In this document: positions 52,940 to 64,000 of the stretch, one piece after another
How the letters are laid out: every line of letters begins with the position of its first letter
Numbering within the stretch: position 1 is the stretch's first letter
Source of the DNA: Eledone cirrhosa
Lineage: Eukaryota
Direction of reading: 5' to 3'
Length of the DNA stretch: 64,000 nucleotides
Assembly (NCBI GenBank): GCA_964016885.1
Contig: OZ024741.1
Coordinates: 293,012,001-293,076,000 of the forward strand
The notes under the pieces: model-generated
What the model was told of the DNA's origin: nothing
What the model saw: the letters and a program-made list of their open reading frames with translations, nothing else
The model's database searches: none
Program-made: the position numbers and the translations under genes

Positions 52940-53210
52940 AAGTGATCGAGTAGTAAGTGTGTTGGACTTACAGGCATAATGTTGTGACTTTGATTCCTGG
53001 GATGTCTTGTGTTCTAGAGCAAATCACTTCATTTTACATTGCTCCAGTATACTTAGCCAAACATGAGTACCAACAGTAGCTGGAGGTCTAACCTTATGAT
53101 GGAATGGCATCCTGTCCAGGAGGGAGTCTTGTGCACACAGTTGCTTAACACAGCAGAAACTGATATAAACATTGGCCTGATGAGTCTCTGGGCTTGAGAC
53201 AAACTTTATA
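52940..53210 (+). mobile_element. SINE family 2
   Basis: Colinear with 19362-19642. Confidence 0.8.
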
Positions 53211-53759
53211 TGATGAAAGGCATTTCAAACATGACAATTCAACGAAGTTATCTCAGATACCACAGTCATTCTCTCTAACCTTTTAACAATTCCAACAATC
53301 CATGACTAGTACTATATTTATCGACATCATAGGGATGAAAGTCCAAGTTACACATGATGTACATTCAACTCAGAGCACAGTGAACCAGAACAAATACCGA
53401 GGTGTTTAATCTGACACCTTAATTGACTTTTCCAATTCAGCATTAGTATCATCATCATCATCATCATCATTTAAAGTCCATTTTCTCTGGAAACAAGGGT
53501 TTTACATGTTGTCACAGACCTGTCAGTATTTAAGTGAAGCTCCTAACCTTCAAGAGCTTCTGCACAGTTTGTCTCTCAAACTCTGTCCAACACCTGAGGA
53601 GAACACTACTACTGCAACCATTACTGAAAATGTTACACATGTGGCATTGAAACCAGAATGATATGAAATGAAATTTTACCTACACCTTTATGCCTGCATC
53701 TAACATATTTACCATATCACTATTGTTCTGTGAATGTGAAGGTACTGTTCTGTGAATGT

Positions 53760-53905
53760 GAAGGTATGTGGTTTAGTAGTTAAGGTGTTTGGCTCATGAT
53801 CATAAAGCCATGAGTTCAATTCCTTGTGGTGTATTGTGTCCCTAAGCAAGACACTTTATTTTACATTGCTCCAGTTCACTCAGATGGCAAAAATGAATTG
53901 TATCT
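53760..53905 (+). mobile_element. CORE-type SINE 5' half
   Basis: tRNA-like head with GAGTTCAATTCC and core CTAAGCAAGACACTTT. Confidence 0.75.
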
Positions 53906-53975
53906 GTAATTCAAAGAGCCTGCCTGTTTCATGCAGAATCTCTATTCTTAATGTCACATGACATATGCACAATAA

Positions 53976-54260
53976 TTAGTGAGGCAATTCAGGACTGGCA
54001 AACCAAACCAAGGAATCATTTACAGCATTATGGATTTCCTCTAGCCCACTGGGAAAATGTCTGAGGGGACAATCCTGAACAACATGTAGTACTATCTGTT
54101 CAGGGTCCCCACAGTCAATGGAGATTATGGGCTGCCCTGGCATATGTTGTGTAGACCCAATTAAGGGAAATCCATTGCTTTCTGAGGTCAAAGCTGGCTG
54201 GTTTAGATGTGAAGTCCTGAATGAGGTCTTGGTTCGCAAATTTGGCCTCATTCCATGATT
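53976..54260 (-). mobile_element. LINE C-terminal fragment, Vingi-like
   Basis: DCGDPEQIVLHVVQDCPLRHFPSGLEEIH…VWF is an eroded CCHC knuckle of the form I recall from Vingi/Ingi ORF ends. Confidence 0.55.
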
Positions 54261-54723
54261 TTCTCTGCTCTTCCTTCAGATCAAAGTTATTGTTCTAAAG
54301 GGTGTTTATTGATTCCCACGAGAACTATGTTAAGAATACACATTTAGACTTTCATATTTCAGATAACTGGAACACTTGTTATTAGAACCAGTAAAGTTCC
54401 AATAACACTGTTACATGAAAAACAAGTAAAACATACTTGCTAATGTTATCCATAGAAATTCAATACTCAGTGGTATGAGCTGCAGTTTAAAAAGAAAGTA
54501 ATATAATTATAGTAATTACTTATTAATATATTTCTATGATACATGTTCTGTGGCATGGCATTGCATGCTGCTGTGTTTCATGCTTCCATGATAGCATGAC
54601 TTTAATATGGCAAATTGCTATTACTTCATATGTGTGTGTATGTATTTAGGTGTGTGTGTACATATATATGTGTATGTGTGTGTGTATATATATATATATT
54701 CATGTATATATATTTATATATTC

Positions 54724-54826
<103 letters not shown>

Positions 54827-55240
54827 GAGTGAGAGATTGAGAAGGCGGAAGAGAGAAAGTTTAATAGTCATTATATATATATGTACACCCACACATGTGT
54901 GGGGTGTACATATATGACTTCTCTTTCTCTCTGTATGTATATATGTATACACATAAATATTCCTTTTCAGAGGTTTATGTTAAAAGACACACATAACCAC
55001 ATATATATATCTGTATTTATATTATACACAATTATATCATGTTTATACGTAGGGCTCACTTAAAATAAACTATTAGATCTATAAATACAGCTAAATATTT
55101 CAGTACCTTGCATAACACTGCTACTATGACCAACACCGCCACTGCCATAATCGGCACCACTATCACACACATATATGAATATATATATATGAATATATAT
55201 ATATGAATATATATATATGAATATATATATATATATATAT

Positions 55241-55658
55241 ATCATCATCATCATCATCATCATCATTTTACGTCCGCTTTTCCCTGCTTGCAAGGGTGGG
55301 ACGGGTATATATCATCATCATCATCATCATTTCATTTTACGTCCGCTTTTTCCCTGCTTGCAAGGGTGGGACGGGAACTGATTCTGGCTTGATTTCTACA
55401 GCTGGATGCCCTTCCTAACACCAACCTCATTTACAGTGAGTGCTGGGTGCTTTTTTGCCGTGGCACCTCCACGACCACTTTGCAGTGGAATGATATGGAT
55501 CCCAGTCCCTATCATCTCATTTCTACAGCTGAGTAAACTGGAGCAATGTGAAATAAAGTGTCTTGCTCAAGGAAACAACACATCACCCGGTCTGAGAATT
55601 GAACTCACAACCTTTCAATTGCAAGGCCAATGCTCTAACCACTAAGCCATATGCCTCC
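55241..55658 (-). mobile_element. Full-length SINE family 1 (55311-55658) plus an extra tail copy (55241-55305)
   Basis: Reverse complement of 38830-39177; (TA)-rich flanks. Confidence 0.9.
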
Positions 55659-55679
55659 ATATATATATATATAACCAAT

Positions 55680-56060
55680 CTCTTCGAACAACATCAACAC
55701 CATAATCAACAACACCATCACCGGCAAACACCACTACCACCACGACCACCACAAACTTACAAGCATCACTGCCACCACCAACTGCCACAAACACCAAAAC
55801 AGTCACAAACACCAACCACTGCAAACAACACCACTACCACCACCATAAACATTACAAGCACCACTGCCACCACTAACCACTACAAATACCACAAACAACA
55901 CCACTACCACCACAACGATTACAAGCATCATTGCCACGACCTACCACCCCAAACACCAAAACAATCACCCCCCCCCCCCCAAATACCACAACAACCACCA
56001 ACATCAACCTCCACAACCACTACCAGCAGCATGACTTCCACAACTATCACCACCTCCGAT
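55680..56060. repeat. (CAC/CAA)-rich low-complexity repeat
   Basis: Recurring TTACAAGCA.CACTGCCAC and CAAACACCAAAACA units. Confidence 0.85.
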
Positions 56061-57436
56061 ATGTAATACATAGCACTCAGGCAGTAATTACAAACTCTGT
56101 GATGATTAGTCAGTTCTTAAGCATCTACCAAATGTAGTATCTGATTTACTCTTTTTAAAGATTTCTTAATCCTGCTGTTACTCTAATCTCTAATGACATC
56201 CTTCCATTACTCCACCTCCACACACCTCTCTATAGAAAGCAAAGTATTCATTAGTTGGCAGGGAATTGGCAGAGTTGTTAGTGAAGGCATGTGGCCTAGT
56301 AGTTAGAGTGTTGAATTCAGAATAATAAAATTAGGGGTTCAATTCCTGGACTGAGCAGTGTGCTGTGGTCTTGGACAAAATGCTAATTTCTCATTCTTTT
56401 TATGATAGAACTGAGGCCATAATCATTAAAATACCTAAAAAACCTCCTATGAGATGCAACCTGAGAGGAGGTTAACCAAACCTGCATAGTTGTCAATTTC
56501 ATACTTTTTCAGAGCTGTTAAAGCATCTGATTAAATATTTTGCCATATTTGTTCCAACTGTCTGAGCTCAAATTCCACCAAGGCCAACTTTGGTTTTCAT
56601 TGATTTTTTGAGTTGATAAATAATGTAACAATCTAGAGCACTGGATTTTTCTGGCTTGAGCATCAGCTGAGCTGTTTTCAGATACTACCTCCTGTTACTG
56701 GGAAAATAATGGCATGATAGAACTTGGGCTTCTTACCCTTTATCATCAAAATGCCTCGTGTAAGATGCTAAACCCATGCAGATGTGAGCTGTAACAACTA
56801 CTTTAACCCTTTTATTACCATATTTCTAATGAAAGATTCTCTATGATTTTGAAATGATTTTGAAAATAGTCAAGAATTTAGAGGGAATAGTAATGTAACC
56901 TTTTCACTATTAAGTTGATGTTTGGGACATAATACAACAATAGTTATTACATAAAATTATGAAGAAAGGTTTTTAGATAAATATAAACACTTCAATATAA
57001 CAACTTCAATATAAAAAGCTTTGCATCATTGTACTAGAGGTGGTTTCATGTAGTGTTGTATCTACAGTTTTATATACCTCTTGAATAGGCTGCTGAGGGT
57101 GGAAATGGAAGTGTATTTTATGTAAGGTAGGTAAGATATCAATTCCTCTGATTATACAGCTATAAACATGTGGCAGGCAAGACATTGAGGTAGGCTGTCT
57201 TTCTTTGTTGCATCAGAGTAATACAGAGCTTTGCATAGGGAAGGGAGAGGGAGGCATGAACTGTATGAAATCTGTCATTGTGTGTGTATTTTTTCTTTTC
57301 TTTCCTTTATGTTTGGCATTGCTAGCAGATGCATTGACATTTGCCTAGGTTTCATAAAAAGGAGGTCTCACTGTTTAGCTGTTTGATGGGCATGGATAAA
57401 AAAAAAAAATAAAAACGAGTGTTGGCACCAGAGATG

Positions 57437-57885
57437 TCATCATTTTTACATTCATTTTTCCACACTTGCATGGGTTAGCCAGGTCCTTTTCAACACAGCA
57501 TCTCTCAGCTCATCATGCTCCTTCATCATCTCCTCTGTGTGTTTCAGCAATTTGAGATCAGCTCTCACCCTCCATCCAGGTCTTCCTCTACTGCATATTC
57601 TTTCCACTGGGATTTCCTGGCATTCCTTCACTCAGCGAACATCATCCATGCACATCACATGTCCATACCAAAGCAGTCTTCTCTCCTGCACACCACCAGA
57701 TTCCTCTTAAACCTAGTTTCTCCCACAGTTCGTCGAAGCTCTGCCTTTCTCTCACATTTACATTGCACATTCAATGAAGCATGGTTGCTTCATTTCTCTC
57801 CAGTCTACGTATGTCCTCTGCAATCACTGCTCATGTGTTATGACCATGCAGCAGTGCACTTTGCACAAAGGCATCATACAGCCAT
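57437..57885 (-). mobile_element. 3' portion of the second RTE family
   Basis: Encodes RRLLWYGHVMCM and a degenerate RPRKTW…WADLKLLK; homologous to 34350-34600. Confidence 0.8.
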
Positions 57886-58435
57886 CACCTGGATGTCAAA
57901 TTCTACCTTAAAATGTCTTGTCTATATGATGATAATGATGATAATGATGATGATGATGTTCATGATAACAGTGATGATATAAATATAGGTCATCTATATG
58001 TAAATGAAGAATGAACCAATGGAAATCTAATAGAGAAAAATTGAGATTTATTGTGTGAATAACTTGAAGTTTTCCAGACTATAAATATAATTTGGTTTAC
58101 TGATATTCAAGTCAGCCATGCCTGGGTGTGTGGAGAGTAGGGTATATGTGGTAGATAGACTGTATGTGTCTGATAAAAGACTTCCATAGAATTTAATATG
58201 AAAGAAAGAAAAAAAAGCTAAGGAATAAAGATAAAGAGAATTCAATTATGCACGTGTTTCGCTGTAAAATGGTAAATATGAGTGACTCTGCCAAAATGCA
58301 ACAATATAGGCTTTGTGATAAACCAAAAATATATAAAACAGTTTCATGGAAATAGATTTTGTCAAGAAGAAAGAAAGAATCTTAGATAATGATACAAAAA
58401 AAAAGGAACAAAATAAAAATAATGATGATAAGAAA

Positions 58436-58488
<53 letters not shown>

Positions 58489-60519
58489 CTAAAAAGTAAA
58501 TTTGACAGCTGTCTGATTTTAAGTGTGAGATTTAAAGTAGATGATTGACAAGTGTCTCAGATAAAAGTGGTTGCAGTAGAGAGGAAGAGGGAGTGATTTT
58601 AACCTGAAATGATGTCTCTTATAGTCACTGAGACATTAAAAAAGACAGAACTTCTTCTATGAGAGCCAGTGTCATAGTCATGGTTGTCGTCATGGAATTC
58701 TTTCAATATCAAATAAAATATCGCTCATCTTGTTTGCAGATGATGAGTTTCAACTCTTTGACTCTCAACCTCCTTAACCCTTCTGTGATCATAATTTCAA
58801 TTAATTACTTAATGAAGAAATTTGAGAGATTTACTAAAAGAATTAATTATTCCATTACTATATATTCCTTGTATAAAATTATTTTTAAAGAATTTTTTAC
58901 TTGGATCCACAAAATTCAAAAAAATTCATTACAAACCGTGATAACCTCCTCATGAAAATACAAGCCATAAATAATATAAAATGAATAGAATAATATAAAA
59001 GCTATAAGTGATATAAAATAAAGTAGTGCCTCTCATTGGTCAGTAGGTTGCTTGGCAATATATTTATAATCTAGGGTAAATGGTGGCTGGTAGATCAACC
59101 ACTAATATTTTGGCTGCTATAATGTCATGGCTAATACTTTAAATACTTTTGTTTAACCATTCTGATAACAACCCTTCTAAACTGACTTTGATTGATTCTA
59201 TAATGAAAAATCATTTGTTTTAAAGAGTTCATGTTTAAATTTTAAACTTCCACTATAATTTTTTTGTAAGGATCTTTTCTTAAGCCATACTCTATACACC
59301 TACTGATTAACTTCTACACAAAACTATAAGAACTATGAAATACTCGAATTATGCTTAACAATAAATATTACTACAGATATAAGGTGTTTATAAAATAATT
59401 AGTTTAGCAAAAAACAAAAAAGAAATATGTTTAAAGGTTAGATTGCATCATGGTGCCAATGAACAGAATGGAGAAGACACTGCTCTAAAGGATGGTGAGG
59501 GAGATGTGCTGGAGCAACCACTCGCAGGATTCACTCATTCAGGTAGCCAACTGGCCCCAATAGTAGTGAGTAGGGATGTGGTCCAGGGTCCAAGAACACT
59601 GGAAGTCTCCATTGCCACAGGCTTGACTATAAACCTATCAGAGAGCCACCGATACTTTCACAGTTTGCCTTCTTTGGCCTGATGAGCAGCGCAACCTAGG
59701 TTAGTTTCCAACTGTACTTAGTTGCTACTGAAGAAGGTGTCATGTAGCACCCCAGTAGATTGTCATACAGTCTGGCCTTTTACTGATCCCTCAGTCTAGC
59801 CCCACTGACTCTAGCTGGGAAGGGAAGCCTGCAGTGTTCAGGCCATGTTTTATATTTATTAATAAATCACTCAAATATTTTATTATTATAAAAATTAATC
59901 AAAAGTCATAGACAGCCTTTCTTTAGAAATAGGGTAGCAAAAATGTGAAAGGATTAAGTTTTAACACTAGATTGCATTTTTACTCAACAGCTATCACAGG
60001 CAACCCCTTGTTCAAAATAAGACTTTCAATAATGAGATGGCTCTATGATTGTTGTCTGTGGTTAAGTAGTGTGTGTGTAGCAACTTTCTGTTGACATTTC
60101 CAAGCTATTACAAAGATTTGAGTTCTGTACTGCTAGCTAACATAGCATTCTTTAATAAAACAGTTCTCTCCTACATCCTATTTGTACATTGTTTAATCTT
60201 CGATGAAAGAAGAACAGTGCCTGTGATCTTTTACAAGATCTGTGAGGAGGGTGGATGCAACATGTCCTTAGACCAAAGATAAGGCCCAAATGCTTGCTAC
60301 AAAGGGCCAGATCGTGGTGTTAAACTGGATGATAGATTAAGCCTACCAACAATTCTCCTTATGTCAAAGAGTTATTGTGGATTTGGAACTGTATTTTTTT
60401 TCTTATGGTTGGAATATTTTTCATCATAAGTCTGCTAGATCAAGGCTAACTTATGGTTAAAAATAGGCAATACTAATGTAATGATGTATCATGAAATTTC
60501 TTTAGAATATAAGTCTAAA

Positions 60520-60775
60520 GACAGCCTCTTGCTCTGAGGCTCATCAAACCAGTACTTATCCCAGTTTCTCTGACTGAGATTACAAGACTCCCTCGTGGAC
60601 AAGATGCTAGTCCATTGCAGGGTCAAACTTCCAGCTTTAGCTGCTGGTACTAATTTTCAAAGGAGTATACTGGAGCAATGTGAAATGAAGTGCTTTGCTC
60701 AAGAACACAAAACACAACCCTGTCTAGGAACTGAACCCACACATTAGCATAATAGGTTCACCACCCTTACCAATA
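60520..60775 (-). mobile_element. Degenerate SINE family 2
   Basis: GTATACTGGAGCAATG…TTGCTCAAGAACAC reverse-matches the 19362 copy. Confidence 0.75.
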
Positions 60776-61419
60776 GGTATAAATTAATACAGATACAACA
60801 CCAATTTTCCAGCACACTAGGTTCCAGGTTCACACTTGATTATCAATTTTGCAAAACAACGTAATATCTAATTCACTAAAAACATACTATGAAACTGGAA
60901 ACACTCTTCCTCCTACTCAATATTATATGAAGTCATAAGTGTTTAAAATCCAAATCTAATGCCACCCAGTATCATTGTAATTATGCATATTCAAGTGTCT
61001 GCTCATAATTATATCTGGGTAAAAACAAGTGTTGGATTGTCAGTTCCAAGAAATTCTATGTTGTACATCTATCATTGTTGTTTTATCACTTTCTCCCTCT
61101 CTTTGTCTATCTCTCTCTATCCATCTTTCTCTATCTCACTAAAAAAAATATTTGTTTTCTGTTTATTTTTAGGTAAGTAAACAATTTTGGTTTGATTGCA
61201 TTGCATTTGGTTGAAAATTCCAGAATGTACCATACTATCATTTTAAGGTAACATTTAATTTTTATTTTTATGTTTTTTCCTGTAACTTAATCAGGAGGAA
61301 GGGCAGTGTTCCTGACCCTTTTCAGACCGATGGGAGGGATAGAGGAATACATCCTCAAACTAGAGTTTTGGTCTAAACATTTGTAACAGAGTAGACTCTA
61401 CATAGACACCCAGGGATCA

Positions 61420-61790
61420 GATGGTGGTGTGTGACGAATCCATGGATGAAAAGCTGCATGCTCATCAGCAAACAATTATGCATTGAAGGATATGTTTTTG
61501 CAATCCAATAACAGGTAACAACAAAATACCTGATGCACAAAAGAGATAGGGATGCAGGTAAAAACATTTAGATGTGACAGCAGATGCAAACTGTAGAATA
61601 AACATTAAGGATATCACTCACATCATAAGATATCATCAAGATACTATCTACCTATGAGGCATGATGTAGTGGCCAAAACACTGTACAATACAATCTGTAG
61701 AAAGGCTAGCCCTGTGAAAAAGAATATAATAGGTTACAGTGATATGGAGGACATATGAAAAAATACTGGTGGAATATTCCAGTCTAAACA
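61420..61790 (+). mobile_element. Degenerate R4/Dong-like non-LTR retrotransposon fragment (zinc knuckle to start of the restriction-like endonuclease)
   Basis: Across frameshifts reads EGYVFAIQ.QVTTKYL…CDSRCKL…DITHII…YYLPMRHDVVAKTLY…YWWNIPV. Confidence 0.65.
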
Positions 61791-61894
61791 TTTTTGATGT
61801 TTTATGTGAATCCCCACTGTCCCTGTTTTTAGTATTGTCCTTTATGTTTCGGCACTGGAGGTCAATAAAGAAATAATAATAATAATTATTATTA

Positions 61895-62345
61895 TTGGCA
61901 GTATTGATAGAGCGTCAGACACCATGCTGTGCAGCATAGAGTTATATCCCTTCACAGTCTGTTTTCAAATCCTGCTGAGGTTAACTTTGCCTTTCATCCT
62001 TACGGGTTTGATAAAATAAAGCACCAGTAACGTACTGGGGTCGACTTAATCGACTTTCCTCTTGCCCCAAATTACTGGCCTTGTGCCTATAGTAGAAACC
62101 ATTATTACTATTAATATTATTATTAGTATTACTATTATTATTATTATTCCGACAATGGGTGGATTGGCAGTATCGGTGGAGGGTCGGACGCCATGCTTTC
62201 CTGCATAGTTACATCCCTTTACAAGCTGAGTTCAAATCCAGCCCAGGTTAACTTTGCCTTTCATCTTTACGGGGTCGATAAAATAAAGTACCAATAATGT
62301 ACTGGAATAGTTGCTGGCCTTGTGCCTAAAGTAGAAACAATTATT
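61895..62345 (+). mobile_element. Two tandem copies of tRNA-derived SINE family 3 (about 61895-62105 and 62157-62345)
   Basis: TGGCAG A-box-like start, GAGTTCAAATCC B box, shared AACTTTGCCTTTCATC.TTACGGG..GATAAAATAAAG.ACCA domain, (ATT)n tails. Further fragments near 15862, 36170 and 56560. Confidence 0.8.
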
Positions 62346-62749
62346 ATTCCAACAATCTACCATTTCTTCCAGTACACATCTCACTCAATGTTAAATATTG
62401 ATTTGTAACATTTTATCTCTAAATATATTGATTTCTAACCAGATAAAATATGGGGAAATGTAACTTGTCTCATACTCAATCATTTCCAGCAACCATCTCA
62501 GAGTTATTTCTTGTATTATATTTCTTTTATTTCTATTCCATTTTGCAAAGAATAGGCATCATAGGTTAGAGGATTGCAACAGGAAAATCTTTGGTTCACT
62601 GCCCTTTATGATGATGAAAGTGGCATGAGAGAGCATCTGTGTAATTCGGGCGGAACATATACAACTGGTTTATTGGATTTCTCTCACTGATGAGTACAGC
62701 TTTCGCTACTATAAAGAAAGAGAAAGAATGATATATATATATATATATA

Positions 62750-64000
62750 TCATCATCATCATCATCATCATCGTTTAACGTCCATCTTCCACGCTTGCAT
62801 GGGATTGGACGGGAATTTTCCCACTAGAGGCAAGATTGGTTGTCTTGCTTGCATAGGACTGTCTGGCGGGTTTTCTATGGCTGGATGCCCTTCCTAACAC
62901 CAACCACGTTTACAGTGTGGACTGGGAGGTTTTTACCGTGTTGCCTACACGGCCACATTACAGCGTGGACTCTGTTTTTTTGACGTGACACCTACACGAC
63001 CTCATTTATTTCGGACTGGATGTTGTGGTACCAACATAACTTTACATTGAAAGGGTGGTGTGGATGGGGTGGGGGTAGTGGGACGGGGGTGTATTATGTT
63101 AGAGGTGCCTACTGACTGTAGTAGGTTTCACTTTGCACTTAGGTAAGGTGGGTCTTCACTATTACTGTGTAGCGCCAAAGATCTCGGTCCAGTGACATTG
63201 TCTTGGAGAGGTGTAAGTGTGAAGTTGGAATTTATCAAGTCGTCCCAGGTTTTTCTGGGTCTGCCTACTCCGTGGCTACAGTCTATTTTTATCGTCCTGC
63301 TCATTTTTATACAGCTGTCGTCTTTCATGCGCATCATGTGACCATACCAACGTAGTCTTCTCGCGAGTAAACAACATCTGATTCCTCTTATTCCTAATTT
63401 CTCCCTTAGTTCATTTATGCTTTGCCGTTCACGTATATTACTATTACACATCCAATGGAGCATGCAAGCTTCGTTCCTCTCCAGTCTGTGTATATCCTCT
63501 GCACACAATGCCCAAGTCTCACTGCCATGTAACATTGCTGTTCATATGCAGGCATCATACAGCCTGCCTTTCATTTTTAGAGAGAAACCTTTAGCGGCCA
63601 ATAGTGGTATAAGCTCTCTGAACTTTTTTCATCCCGTTCTGACTCTAGCAACTGTAGTTTCAGAGCACCCTCCACCACTGCTGATTTTGTCACCCAGGTA
63701 ACGGAAGGTGTCCACTATTTCTATAGAACCATCTGTGCAATGGAATGAGCTAGTATTCTGTGGGCACTTGCTGCTACTTATTGCACCTGAGCACCGGCCA
63801 CATATAAAATCTATATTCTTAGTTAGCTTACCTGTGATCCCACTACATCATTTATGCACCCATACTTTGCATTTGGGACATAAAATGGAGTTTCTGCCTA
63901 CTCCTTTCCTACACACTGAGCATGGCCATTTCCCAGATGGGACCAGTGCCCTATTTTCCTTCCTACAAACTAGAACTTTAGTCCTAGACAGGTTAATTTT
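62750..64000 (-). mobile_element. RTE LINE copy F, running off the window end
   Basis: PHD-like finger with a TGA stop, FRYLGD, GRPRKTW, 3' UTR and (GAT)n tail joined to (TA)n. Confidence 0.95.

Noticed and set aside
53175-53210. CTGATGAG plus hairpin in SINE family 2 tails
   Set aside because: No GAAA or NUH, and the motif is not conserved in the best copy (19605-19642).
58048-58780. Possible - strand exon fragments
   Set aside because: Short frames with no recognisable homology or consistent splice phase.

Overview
This is AT-rich, gene-poor eukaryotic (animal) DNA made mostly of retroelements and (TA)n microsatellites. The SINE and RTE families look like those of an octopod cephalopod, which is inferred and not proven. 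The window holds two Penelope-like elements (PLEs; RT plus C-terminal GIY-YIG endonuclease), one of them flanked by a 380-bp inverted pseudo-LTR. It also holds at least five coding copies of an RTE-clade LINE whose RT region carries an inserted C4HC3 PHD-type zinc finger, three CR1-clade LINE copies, fragments of other RTE, Vingi-like and R4/Dong-like LINEs, and three tRNA-derived SINE families. The most notable signal is a set of type-I hammerhead ribozyme motifs at PLE-type 3' ends. Several have variant cores, palindromic stem III and enlarged domain II, and in several the cleavage site lies just upstream of AATAAA. They occur in the coding PLEs, in an ORF-less inverted-repeat element and in tiny islands inside (TA)n. 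No host gene is established; there is one candidate coding exon. Most short ORFs in the ORF track are microsatellite or antisense artefacts. All folds and alignments were done by eye.
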